Source: a virus
Lineage: Duplodnaviria > Caudoviricetes
Direction: 5' to 3' (one strand)
Length of the DNA: 64,000 bases
Virus record (IMG/VR): IMGVR_UViG_2788499822_000003
Location: 3,818-67,817 of that record
Under the pieces are notes generated by a model. That model saw only the letters and a list, made by a program, of their open reading frames with translations. It searched no databases and was not told where the DNA came from. Shown here piece by piece: positions 1 to 8,475 of the stretch (position 1 is its first letter; every line of letters starts with the position of its first letter). The position numbers were made by a program, and so were the translations under genes.

Positions 1-161
1 TTATCATTTGTGAGATATTTAGCGCCTGAGGGATAATCAGCGTGGCCGTAATTGCCCATAGTGATGACGACGTGACCGAGAATTGTGTAATGCTGTGCCA
101 CAATTTCGAACGCGTCTTTAAACCGGCTGGATCCGCAGAGTGTAATTATCGTAGCCATCAT
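1..161 (-). CDS. Partial (runs off left edge) Rossmann-like protein, nucleoside 2-deoxyribosyltransferase/DUF4406-like
   Basis: Manual translation MMATIITLCGSSRFKDAFEIVAQHYTILGHVVITMG...; ITLCGSxRF start typical of this family; ATGA overlap with upstream gene. Confidence 0.45.
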   Translation of the reverse strand, partial: MMATIITLCGSSRFKDAFEIVAQHYTILGHVVITMGNYGHADYPSGAKYLTND

Positions 162-898
162 TTCCCCTCCGCGCTGGTGGATGATGGGGCGGCGCCGAGC
201 ATAGCTTCGTAAATAACAGATGGACTATTACCTCCTGTTTCCTCCATGTAGCGACGTGCTGCTGTGCCGCCTGCCTTAATCATTGACCGCGTTGCGGTTG
301 TCGGCATTAATTTCCACCCATCCGGCACCAGGCTTGCTACGGGCGGGATAATTCGTTTTAGCGCTTCCCGGAACTGTTCAACATATTGCTCCGTAGTCGA
401 TCCCCAACAGTTAACCAGGCATTCTTCGTCCGGTTCTTCGTCCGGATAATCTTCGTCCGGCTCACCGGGAACCATGAAAAATTCTCGCTCAATTGCATGC
501 AGGTATTCAGCGAAACGTCGTGTATTTTCCACATTGCAAATGAGAGCCGCCGGCGTGCGGGCGCGTTTGCCGATGCCAAATAAATCATAAAGTCTGGTTA
601 GCGTCTCATATGCTGGGGGCTGGCTTGCTGCGGGCGGACCGAACACTGGAAACATTCTTACAAAGTTCACTTTTGAATAGGGAAACATTGCATCATAGGG
701 ATATTTTTCCGGTAGCTCATCCTCATGAATCCAGCCAAGAGGCTCATCCGTCAGCGCGGCAAGGGCTGCTCTGGCAATCTCGCGATTTAAAATAAACCCC
801 TCTATCAGCTCGCGATTCATTGAGATATTTATTTTTTCCAAATCATCAATGGATTTAATCATGTGCTGGCACTGTTCAATCAGCTTTTGCCTATCCAT
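158..898 (-). CDS. Ead/Ea22-like modular phage accessory protein
   Basis: Start moved to MDRQKLIE; N-terminal KLIE...ALAALT motif shared with the two upstream genes. Confidence 0.6.
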   Translation of the reverse strand: MDRQKLIEQCQHMIKSIDDLEKINISMNRELIEGFILNREIARAALAALTDEPLGWIHEDELPEKYPYDAMFPYSKVNFVRMFPVFGPPAASQPPAYETLTRLYDLFGIGKRARTPAALICNVENTRRFAEYLHAIEREFFMVPGEPDEDYPDEEPDEECLVNCWGSTTEQYVEQFREALKRIIPPVASLVPDGWKLMPTTATRSMIKAGGTAARRYMEETGGNSPSVIYEAMLGAAPSSTSAEGK

Positions 899-2321
899 TA
901 TTTTTGTCCTCCGCGCGGTCAAGACGTTCGATTTCGGCGATGATAAGCGCGCCGGCTTTGATTAAGTCTCGGCGCGGATTGGTCGGTTTCCACCAACTTT
1001 CTTCCCAAGGCCAGAAGTTCAGATGTGGGTTGTCTGTATATTCGATGTCTTCATCCCACGGCGCTAAAGCGGCATGTAGGGCATACTCGCCAGCGGCAGC
1101 GGCCAGTTCTCCATTTTCGTGCCTATCATCATGCTCCGGCGTCCAGCCCTCGGCGGTAATCTGGCGCTGACGCTCAGCTATGACGTCACGGATTGCGGCG
1201 CTGTCTGGCACCGCGATAACAGGCTGCTTGGCGAGCATGGAAGCGCGGCAGGCGTTCCAGGCTCCGAGAGCTAACTGGCGTCGCGCGATATATGCATGCC
1301 ATTCATCAGATAAATATCGTGGTTCGGTAAAATTGCCATCCTCATCGGATTCGATACCTATAAACCAACTCTCAAAATTATCCGGCATGGCTGGCGTTGT
1401 CGGCGTCCAGCGCGCTGCCTTCAGCTCTTTTAATTGCCCATCGAGATTTTCGCAGCGGTAACGCAGCCGTTGAGCTTTCCCCACCAGTTTCTTATGCTCG
1501 TCGTGCAGTTCTCGGTAGAAGCGCATAAGAGCGTCATATGGTGTTATCGGCTGGACGTCCGACAGTTTTCGCAGCCACACTGCAGAGGGGCCTTCTTCGG
1601 TATCGTGGACAGAGACCAGAAACCAGCCGTCGCCTTCGGGCGGTTGAGGGTTCCAGACGCTGCAATCACAGTCCAGGCTTTCCCAAGCTACGGCCTCCGG
1701 GCTACCTGGCTCCAAATCGTCTTCCATGAGCCGAGCGACGCATTCGACGCCGTTGACCTCAAGCCACACATCGAATTCGACACGCAGCGCGTCTTCTTCC
1801 AAATCCGGGATATAATCAGGATGCGACCACCAACCGTTTTCATCGCGCTGCGGCTCCATTGGCTCGATACGCTGGTTGGTGAGTGTTGCCTGCGTCACGC
1901 TGGCGGGTGACGGGGCGGCGGCGAGCAGAGCTTTAACGCGACGCATCATGTCTCTGTGCTTCGCCGAGGCGATGCTGTATTCGTTTGAGTCAATATCCAT
2001 TTCATATTGATGCATTGCATCAACCATTTCGCATAGAATGGAACGCCACTCATCCGGCACCAGGCTTGCTGCGGGCGGGGTAAGGTAAAAATCATGATCG
2101 CCTGGCGAAACGTGATGATTAAGCGCAGATGCGGTTATCGTTTTGCCAGTGCTCCGAACGAAGCCGTCTGCCTCAGCGGTAAGCGCGGCCAGGGCGGTCC
2201 GGTAAACGGCAATTTTATTGCTATTTTGCTCCGTCAGTCCGATCCATTGCATTTTGTCTGCGATTACCACCATTCCTTCGAGCATGGAGCGGGTATATTC
2301 AATCAGCTTTTGCTTACCCAC
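891..2321 (-). CDS. Multi-domain Ead/Ea22-like phage accessory protein (476 aa)
   Basis: Long ORF with overlapping neighbours; contains common phage modules PQRDENGWWSHPDY and ERQRQITAEGWTPEHDD. Confidence 0.65.
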   Translation of the reverse strand: MGKQKLIEYTRSMLEGMVVIADKMQWIGLTEQNSNKIAVYRTALAALTAEADGFVRSTGKTITASALNHHVSPGDHDFYLTPPAASLVPDEWRSILCEMVDAMHQYEMDIDSNEYSIASAKHRDMMRRVKALLAAAPSPASVTQATLTNQRIEPMEPQRDENGWWSHPDYIPDLEEDALRVEFDVWLEVNGVECVARLMEDDLEPGSPEAVAWESLDCDCSVWNPQPPEGDGWFLVSVHDTEEGPSAVWLRKLSDVQPITPYDALMRFYRELHDEHKKLVGKAQRLRYRCENLDGQLKELKAARWTPTTPAMPDNFESWFIGIESDEDGNFTEPRYLSDEWHAYIARRQLALGAWNACRASMLAKQPVIAVPDSAAIRDVIAERQRQITAEGWTPEHDDRHENGELAAAAGEYALHAALAPWDEDIEYTDNPHLNFWPWEESWWKPTNPRRDLIKAGALIIAEIERLDRAEDKNNG

Positions 2322-2976
2322 GATCCACCCCCTGCGCCGCTCTCAACGAAGTGAGAATTCGGGCTGCTATTCTGTCTAACATATCTGCGCCGTCAGCAGT
2401 GAACATGACATCTTCGGCGGTTTCGCGCGCCATCTGTTCTAACCGGCTGGTGGCTGACTTTGAAGGCTGAATGGCGGAAGATATAGCGACGCGGCAGGAT
2501 TCCGGCGGAGTGATTCCGTTTATCTGATCGCCCTCAGTAACCAGGCGAATAAGCATAGCCAGGAGCTGCGTTATTTCATCTTCTACGTTCTGCCATGGCA
2601 TTCTGTTTTCGGCGTAATGGACGCCAGCCTGGACAACCTCCCCAGCTTCCTCCGCCACTTTAAGTAGCACATAGTTAGGCTGCGGGTATTTACGCATAGC
2701 CTTGTCTGCTGAAACGCGCGCTCGGCTTACCAAAGATGCAAAGTAATCATCCAGCGCGGCTGGTGGATGTTCTGGACATGGCCAGCGCAAAGAGCCATCC
2801 CCTGACGGGCAAGTACAAGTTGGGTTCTCGACCGGCGTGGCAGTCAGAGCATCCAGTGCAATACGGAATAATTTTTCCTGACAAATATCCACTGGCAATC
2901 TTGTGCGCAATTTTTCTTGGTACTGAATATATTTCTCAGCGAATCCAATTAGCCGTTTTTTTTCATACTTATCCAT
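2314..2976 (-). CDS. Phage protein with MazG-like (all-alpha NTP pyrophosphatase) domain
   Basis: LLKVAEEAGEVVQA...VEDEITQLLAM acidic helix pattern; start moved to MDKYEKK. Confidence 0.55.
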   Translation of the reverse strand: MDKYEKKRLIGFAEKYIQYQEKLRTRLPVDICQEKLFRIALDALTATPVENPTCTCPSGDGSLRWPCPEHPPAALDDYFASLVSRARVSADKAMRKYPQPNYVLLKVAEEAGEVVQAGVHYAENRMPWQNVEDEITQLLAMLIRLVTEGDQINGITPPESCRVAISSAIQPSKSATSRLEQMARETAEDVMFTADGADMLDRIAARILTSLRAAQGVDRG

Positions 2977-3259
2977 GATTAGGCACCTCGCATTCGCATA
3001 TTTCACCAAGCGCATAAGCTAAAGGTGAGGGAGCATCAGCCGGGTGCAATTGATCAAAAATGCGCTCAAAGGTTTTATTGCCCGATTTGATACCGGCAAC
3101 TTTATCTTTCACCCATTCAATCTTGCCAATTCTGGTAGTTATCCTAAATGAGTTGACCAATTCCTTTTTTATGGCGAAAACGACATTATCGCCAACGGCA
3201 AAATTATCCTTATTGGGAGTAATAAAGTTGCCGCAAATAATGCACCGGTATTTAGACAT
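2969..3259 (-). CDS. Hypothetical phage protein with Cys pairs
   Basis: Start MSKYRCIIC, overlaps both neighbours, CxxC and CxC motifs. Confidence 0.6.
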   Translation of the reverse strand: MSKYRCIICGNFITPNKDNFAVGDNVVFAIKKELVNSFRITTRIGKIEWVKDKVAGIKSGNKTFERIFDQLHPADAPSPLAYALGEICECEVPNHG

Positions 3260-3869
3260 TGGCCACCGCCTGTCCATTGAGCTGATATGCCACGGCCATC
3301 TGTTCAGCATCGTTCATGGCATCATGTAGTGAATTGTGTTTGACCATTGCAAAACATGGCTGGTGGTCTTTGAGATAGCCCCGGGCGCTGTGGGACATTG
3401 CATCGATATAAGTGCGCACGTCTCGTTTGCCGTTGTAGTTCCATGGGCATTCCATCCCGCACATGCGATAAGCATGTTCCAAGATGATTCCGTCAAAATC
3501 GGTACCTCTGAAAAAAATGCGCGCATCGCGGTGCTGCGCCACCCAACTGCTCAAATTAAGCAGTTGGGTTTCCAGCGTTTCCCTCTCTCCCACAAGTGCA
3601 GCGCGGGCGCCGGCACCCTTTTTGTACCACCATTGCTGTGTTTCACGGCTCACAGAACGGCAGCGCATCAACTGATCGAATGTATCGACAAGACCATAAA
3701 ATGATTGTTCAGAATATTGAGCACTTTCTGAATTCTGCGCGGTCATTATTATTGCCGCCTGGGTTTCAGAGAGGTTTTTAATATCGAATGCAAACGCGCC
3801 GATTGATAAAATAACGGCGGAGGGCTTTGTATCGAATGTCTCAATATCAATCGTGATATTGTTGATCAT
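3252..3869 (-). CDS. DEDDh 3'-5' exonuclease (phage RNase T/Exo VIII N-terminal-like)
   Basis: IDIET, GTDFD and HNSLHD motifs; GGAG RBS before MINNITIDIE. Confidence 0.8.
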   Translation of the reverse strand: MINNITIDIETFDTKPSAVILSIGAFAFDIKNLSETQAAIIMTAQNSESAQYSEQSFYGLVDTFDQLMRCRSVSRETQQWWYKKGAGARAALVGERETLETQLLNLSSWVAQHRDARIFFRGTDFDGIILEHAYRMCGMECPWNYNGKRDVRTYIDAMSHSARGYLKDHQPCFAMVKHNSLHDAMNDAEQMAVAYQLNGQAVANV

Positions 3870-4408
3870 GATTTTTCTCCAACAGCCGATGGACTTTTCA
3901 GTTGTTCCCATCGCTCGAAAAAAGCGCGTTCCGCCTGCATGGGCAATAGTGGGGAAACAACCTGGTCAGAAACCGGAATACCTTCCAGCATTGGCCAGAA
4001 ATTATCGGGGTCGATTTCCAAATCACGCCGCTCTGTGGCCAACATGATTAAGTCCGCGCGTTTAACCTCCGGTGACGCTATGGCCGGCAAGCCGAACCGC
4101 CGGCGGATAACAGCATCAACGCGGGCTTCAAGAGAGCGATAGCTGGGCAGTAGTGCTTTTAATGGACTGGGAATGTCTTTGCAGTACGCTTCAGCCGCAT
4201 CATGTAATAACGCCTCAAGAGCGAACTCTGGTGGCACAATCATGCTGGTGAGAACAGAGTGCTGGGCTACGCTATAGAACTGCGGGCAATGCCCGGCATA
4301 GCGGCATTCATTTGACAGCGCGTGAATGATGTCTTTGATACAGATCGAACTCATATCCGGATTGGCATAATCGAAATGCCGTCCGGTAAATGTGGTTATC
4401 CACGTCAT
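3866..4408 (-). CDS. yfdR: HD-domain 5'-deoxynucleotidase, YfdR/YfbR-like
   Basis: MTWITTFTG start; DIIHALSNECRYAGH, YSVAQHS, LLHDAAEAY motifs. Confidence 0.85.
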   Translation of the reverse strand: MTWITTFTGRHFDYANPDMSSICIKDIIHALSNECRYAGHCPQFYSVAQHSVLTSMIVPPEFALEALLHDAAEAYCKDIPSPLKALLPSYRSLEARVDAVIRRRFGLPAIASPEVKRADLIMLATERRDLEIDPDNFWPMLEGIPVSDQVVSPLLPMQAERAFFERWEQLKSPSAVGEKS

Positions 4409-4501
4409 TATCGTTTTCCTGTATTTTGGCAAAGCAACGCCCTTGCCATGAGGCAATATTTAATTTGTGGTTTAATTTATTGCCCCTGCCGGGGCATCAG
4501 G

Positions 4502-5335
4502 TCATTGCGCTGAAAAATCGCCGATGAACGTTTCAACCCCAGTGCCATTAAATTGCGCGACCAGCAGGTCACGAAATTCGCCGGCGATTTGCTCCATCAC
4601 AGCTTCGAGCTGGACGATACGTAGAACAAGCACCGGGATATCGCCGCCGGTTAAGATGCTGTATCGCAGCTTAATACGTCGTATCGGGAGGCCTTCAAAT
4701 GGCGTGCACTGAAATTCGAATGCCGCTGGCATAACCACTTTGCTTTTTGCCTCGACGCTTTGCATTAACGAGCGTTTGCCGCTGAAATCCTGTTCTTCAT
4801 GATCTTGGCTGGTAACTGACTCGATGGTGATCTGCCTGACACCGGCAACTGCCTTTGTGATGTCCAGTACTTCGCCGTCGGCGGAAAACGCCAGAAGGTA
4901 TTCGTTCCAATCTTCCAGCCATTCTGCCAACTCTTTCTGCGTTTTCTTACGGCCGTCGATATCCAGCAGGGCAGCAAAGGGTGCCGTTTTCTTGAGCTTC
5001 AGCAGCGCGATATTGTCCGCATGGCCAGGAGCTTCAAGAGTGCCGAGGTTAAAAACTGTCGCCGCAGACATTTCATCCGCGTCAATAAAACACCTCACGC
5101 CGGGGGAGGTTGCATATTCTTTGCAGTAGCGGACAAAATCGGGAATGCTGGCGGTTTTTAATTTTCCCCGGAACCGATACCGGCCATCCTTCAGGCTTTC
5201 CAGACTTTGAATACGGATGCCTTCCGGAACGGCGGCGACGGGACAGTCGGCCTTTTCGAGTAATTCCGGCAGGTTTCCTGCCAGCACCAAATCCCGGATT
5301 TGGGTGATAGCGCTCGCGTCAACAGTTTGCGGCAT
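4502..5335 (-). CDS. yfdQ: DUF2303 family protein (YfdQ-like)
   Basis: RYRFRGKL, GHADN, QKELAEWLEDW motifs; synteny with yfdP/yfdR-like genes. Confidence 0.82.
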   Translation of the reverse strand: MPQTVDASAITQIRDLVLAGNLPELLEKADCPVAAVPEGIRIQSLESLKDGRYRFRGKLKTASIPDFVRYCKEYATSPGVRCFIDADEMSAATVFNLGTLEAPGHADNIALLKLKKTAPFAALLDIDGRKKTQKELAEWLEDWNEYLLAFSADGEVLDITKAVAGVRQITIESVTSQDHEEQDFSGKRSLMQSVEAKSKVVMPAAFEFQCTPFEGLPIRRIKLRYSILTGGDIPVLVLRIVQLEAVMEQIAGEFRDLLVAQFNGTGVETFIGDFSAQ

Positions 5336-5371
5336 GTTCTGATCCTTAATTTAATCGGGTTAGGGATATCG

Positions 5372-5722
5372 TTAAATTATTCCGACCGGCTGACCTTTGA
5401 TATCGAATAGCTGACCTTGGTCTTCTGGCAACATTGTGAGTTTGCCACCGCGGTTGACATACATCGGAGTTTCAGTGGTGTCCTCCTCTGACGTTTTTCC
5501 TCGCAGAGTGGGTATAACAAAAGTCAATTTATGCGAAATTTTTACCCGGTTTTCATCCATCGGACTGAAACTGAGCTTGATAGTTACTTCGCCTTTTGCC
5601 CGCGTATTCATGACGCCTTTAGCAACGTCATTAAGCACTGCAGATAATTTGTTTTCGAAAACACCGGCATCCAGTTCACCAAAGAACTCCGGGATATTCG
5701 TTTCGCGACTTGTTTCAGACAT
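5372..5722 (-). CDS. yfdP: YfdP-like phage protein
   Basis: TNIPEFFGELDAGVFE...EEDTTETPMYVNRGGKL motifs; synteny. Confidence 0.7.
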   Translation of the reverse strand: MSETSRETNIPEFFGELDAGVFENKLSAVLNDVAKGVMNTRAKGEVTIKLSFSPMDENRVKISHKLTFVIPTLRGKTSEEDTTETPMYVNRGGKLTMLPEDQGQLFDIKGQPVGII

Positions 5723-5739
5723 GGTTACCTCGCGTTAGC

Positions 5740-7105
5740 GAAAAAGGGCGCCGGCCGCAAACCAGAACATTATCTTCACCCCTTTGAGTTGAAGAATCGG
5801 CGGCGGCGCCAAGGACTTCACACAGCAACTATCACGATCCTAACGTGATGGGTTTGTGGTGGCCGGGACTGATTCCGGCATGACAGTTAGGCCCGTAGCG
5901 TGTGTCGGCATCACTCTGTCAACCGTTCACAAAATTTCATTGGGAGAAGATACCTACGCGACCCTCGCGCATCAGCCTGCGCATTCACCACAATCAAAAA
6001 GAGCGAACTTCCCACTTTATGGCGCCATCATTGGGATTGATGTCTCTAGGCCGGAAGCTTAGCCTTGCGCCAGTCGGATACGGTTTTGCACGCCCGCGCT
6101 CTTTGATTGTGGTGCTGTGGTGAAAGTTGGCGCGCCTACTCGCCAACGCTTGTTTTAAGTAATCAAATACCAGGTAAGCTCCTGACAATTTACCTTTCAC
6201 CACAACGGAAAGAGCACTCCGCCGATTCGCCACGAACGCCCCCGAACGTGCAAACCCACTTGCTTCAATGCTCTTACCTGTTGGGTGCCGGTTACGAGTC
6301 CGGCCAGGCTGTGGCTCAACGCATTGCGTGTGGCTCACCTGCGGTTAAGTTGTGGCGGCCGGGAATTCGCCGACATCGTTTCCCCTTTCGGTTCCCCTTG
6401 TATCCCGGCACATCGGTGCCTGCATTCACCACAACGGTAAGAGCATTGCCGGTGTCCGAATCGAACGGACCTTTTCCCTGCCCATCACCAGATATTAAAT
6501 AATCCTGGCGTCTGGAATTGAACCAGCCTCTATGCCTTGCTCGTCAATGCTCTTACCTGTTGTGTGTCGGCCTTCCACCGACTCGCCAGGGTTACCCCTG
6601 GTTGGCGCTGTGTCTCCGCGATTACTCACCAGATCCCCGCGGTCGTGTCGTGCCTCGTAAAAGCGCTCCGCGTGCTGCTGGTGCCCGAACCGGGAGGCGC
6701 TGTCGCTTAAAAATCTGTGCCGGTTACCCTTCGTCCGGCGCCACGCTCCAATGGTGGCGGGTGGGCCTGATACTTCACGCGACCTTCGGCCAATCGCCGC
6801 GGTACTTCTCGCTCTCACAGGTGTATAGGTTGCCACCTAACCAAGGGTGGCGCGGCACGGTGTGACCGGCGTACATGCACCGGCATGGTTCCCTGGATTT
6901 ATCAGCGTAAGTGCGGCGTCCGCCGCCTATCACTGCCTCACCTGGTTGCCATGCGTTAGCATTCGTGGGCGGCTGGAGTCGAACCAGCTACCGGGAGGGA
7001 TACCCGATAATCCCCTGATCACCACAACAGAATGGGCATTGGTCGGCAAACAACGGGTTGGGATATGAACCGGCCGTCATTTCAATGCCCATGCGGTTGG
7101 GCACT
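5740..7105 (-). ncRNA. Structured non-coding region of the pL transcript with several C4-antisense-like elements
   Basis: Four nested inverted-repeat pairs (5984-6005/6097-6114, 6198-6217/6266-6287, 6427-6448/6545-6566, 7020-7041/7083-7104) on a CACCACAAC..AAGAGCA motif; T-loop hairpins on the minus strand at 6454-6470, 6512-6526, 6972-6988; no credible long ORF. Confidence 0.55.
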
Positions 7106-7209
7106 CAATCCGGCATCGACATTAATAGCGTCGCAATTCCAGAACCGCCGATAACAACGATAATCAGCACGACCCACCACAGCCCATCCCAGTCAGTACC
7201 GCTTTTCAT
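7105..7209 (-). CDS. Small membrane peptide (34 aa)
   Basis: Manual translation MKSGTDWDGLWWVVLIIVVIGGSGIATLLMSMPD; ATGA-coupled to upstream peptide. Confidence 0.5.
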   Translation of the reverse strand: MKSGTDWDGLWWVVLIIVVIGGSGIATLLMSMPD

Positions 7210-7304
7210 TTCACACTCGCTGCCGACCTACACAGCGCTGCAGCAACCAAACCCACGCATGCGCCGACGATTGCACCAATTACAAACGCGATAAATATCG
7301 ACAT
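7206..7304 (-). CDS. Small membrane peptide (32 aa)
   Basis: Manual translation MSIFIAFVIGAIVGACVGLVAAALCRSAASVK; GGAGAAAGGA RBS. Confidence 0.55.
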   Translation of the reverse strand: MSIFIAFVIGAIVGACVGLVAAALCRSAASVK

Positions 7305-7434
7305 TTTCCTTTCTCCAATCGGAAGTAGGATGCCTGGTTACTTCTCCACCTCAGGCGGCAGTGGATCCTGCTATTCCCCAACAACAAGGATTCAGCTAAT
7401 CTGGATATCCCCAACAACAAAAGGAGTTGCTTTT

Positions 7435-7533
7435 ATGTCTAAAGCAGACAGAGAAGACGGCTATGAGGAAAAGCACTTGCCTTTGAAGCAGAGGCCCCCG
7501 GCGCCGCCAAAACCAAAAGATGAAGATGAATGA
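7435..7533 (+). CDS. Small charged, Pro-rich peptide (32 aa)
   Basis: AGGAG RBS then MSKADREDGYEEKHLPLKQRPPAPPKPKDEDE. Confidence 0.5.
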   Translation: MSKADREDGYEEKHLPLKQRPPAPPKPKDEDE

Positions 7534-7541
7534 GGTGATAT

Positions 7542-8030
7542 ATGGACCGGGACGATTTGGAATTTGATGTTAATTATTCTTATTTCCTCGAAAGAATGAA
7601 TCACACACTTCTGACAAGGATTGATAAAGGAATAACTCTTGTTTTAATCGTCATGGGTTTTTCAGTATTTTCACCCTATAGCAATATTTTTATATTTGGC
7701 GTCATTGTGGCTTTTCTCTCCGTGGCTCAACTTGTTTATCAGTTCGGCCAAGAGGCTGGGCTTTCAAAAGAGCAAATGCGTCAATACAAGCGTTTGCTGG
7801 TCGAAATGCCGAGTCTTGATACTGATGAATTGCGGGCGAGATACCTTAAAACCCAAGACGCTGACAGCAATCCATGGAAATCACTGGAAGAAGCTGCGTT
7901 TAAACGCACATGCATAGCCCTTAGCCGAAGTGACGATACTAAGCTTTCATGGAAGCAGGGCGTAATTGCATGGATAGCTGGTGATCTCCCTTTATACAAA
8001 GGAAAAATCGATGGGAAAGCCAGTGGGTGA
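7542..8030 (+). CDS. Two-TM membrane protein, SLATT-like; candidate superinfection exclusion or Abi
   Basis: GAGG RBS; two hydrophobic helices followed by a helical cytoplasmic region; oriented opposite to the pL operon. Confidence 0.6.
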   Translation: MDRDDLEFDVNYSYFLERMNHTLLTRIDKGITLVLIVMGFSVFSPYSNIFIFGVIVAFLSVAQLVYQFGQEAGLSKEQMRQYKRLLVEMPSLDTDELRARYLKTQDADSNPWKSLEEAAFKRTCIALSRSDDTKLSWKQGVIAWIAGDLPLYKGKIDGKASG

Positions 8031-8153
8031 TCATATGCCCCCGAAACCGAGACCACATACACCACACGTACCAAACCATCCTCGTCCACCTGCGCCACAA
8101 AAGCCATAATGTTATAAATTCCTGCCTCACATTGTGGGGTGGGGATATCCAGA

Positions 8154-8166
8154 TTGTTAAAGAGCG
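8154..8166 (-). promoter_or_regulatory. boxA antitermination element (nutL-like)
   Basis: Minus strand CGCTCTTTAACAA matches the boxA consensus, about 110 nt after pL. Confidence 0.7.
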
Positions 8167-8272
8167 AAGCGTCCTGAGGGGCGCTTTTTGTTACCTAGCG
8201 AATCATCCGGTGTTTCGTATGCCGCCGGCAGCTACTGCGTGGGCGTCCTGCCTTTTCGCTGTTGATAGAATT

Positions 8273-8338
8273 AGTATCACCGCTAGTGATTAAATAGTCA
8301 ACACCGCAAGTGATAGTATCATATCATTATGAGTGATA
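8273..8338 (-). promoter_or_regulatory. pL promoter with OL1-OL3 operators
   Basis: TTGACT(8301-8296)-17bp-GATACT(8278-8273); 17-bp lambda-type operators at 8275-8291, 8299-8315, 8322-8338. Confidence 0.85.
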
Positions 8339-8475
8339 TATATGATTAATAAGTGATTTTATTTAAAAAAAAATTTTTGTCTGAAGAGGGTAAGGTGAGA
8401 GTAGTTCAAGGAAAAAAAATGCCCACGGTAGGTGTGGGCTATGAAAATTTAGGTTGTTACCGTTGCCAGGCAATT

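Noticed and set aside
5994-6836. ORFs 5994-6338 and 6495-6836 (minus) and overlapping plus-strand ORFs
   Set aside because: No convincing RBS, low-complexity Arg/Gly/Ser composition, and shared TGKSI peptides arise from the RNA repeats.
6454-6988. Possible tRNA genes (TTCGA-type T-loops, one followed by CCA)
   Set aside because: Only T-arm hairpins are present; no D arm, anticodon arm or complete acceptor stem could be built. Treated as part of the C4-like RNA region.
7781-8107. Minus-strand ORF MAFVAQVDEDG... as first pL gene
   Set aside because: Mostly antisense to the better-supported 2-TM gene; at most a remnant, so it cannot be supported.
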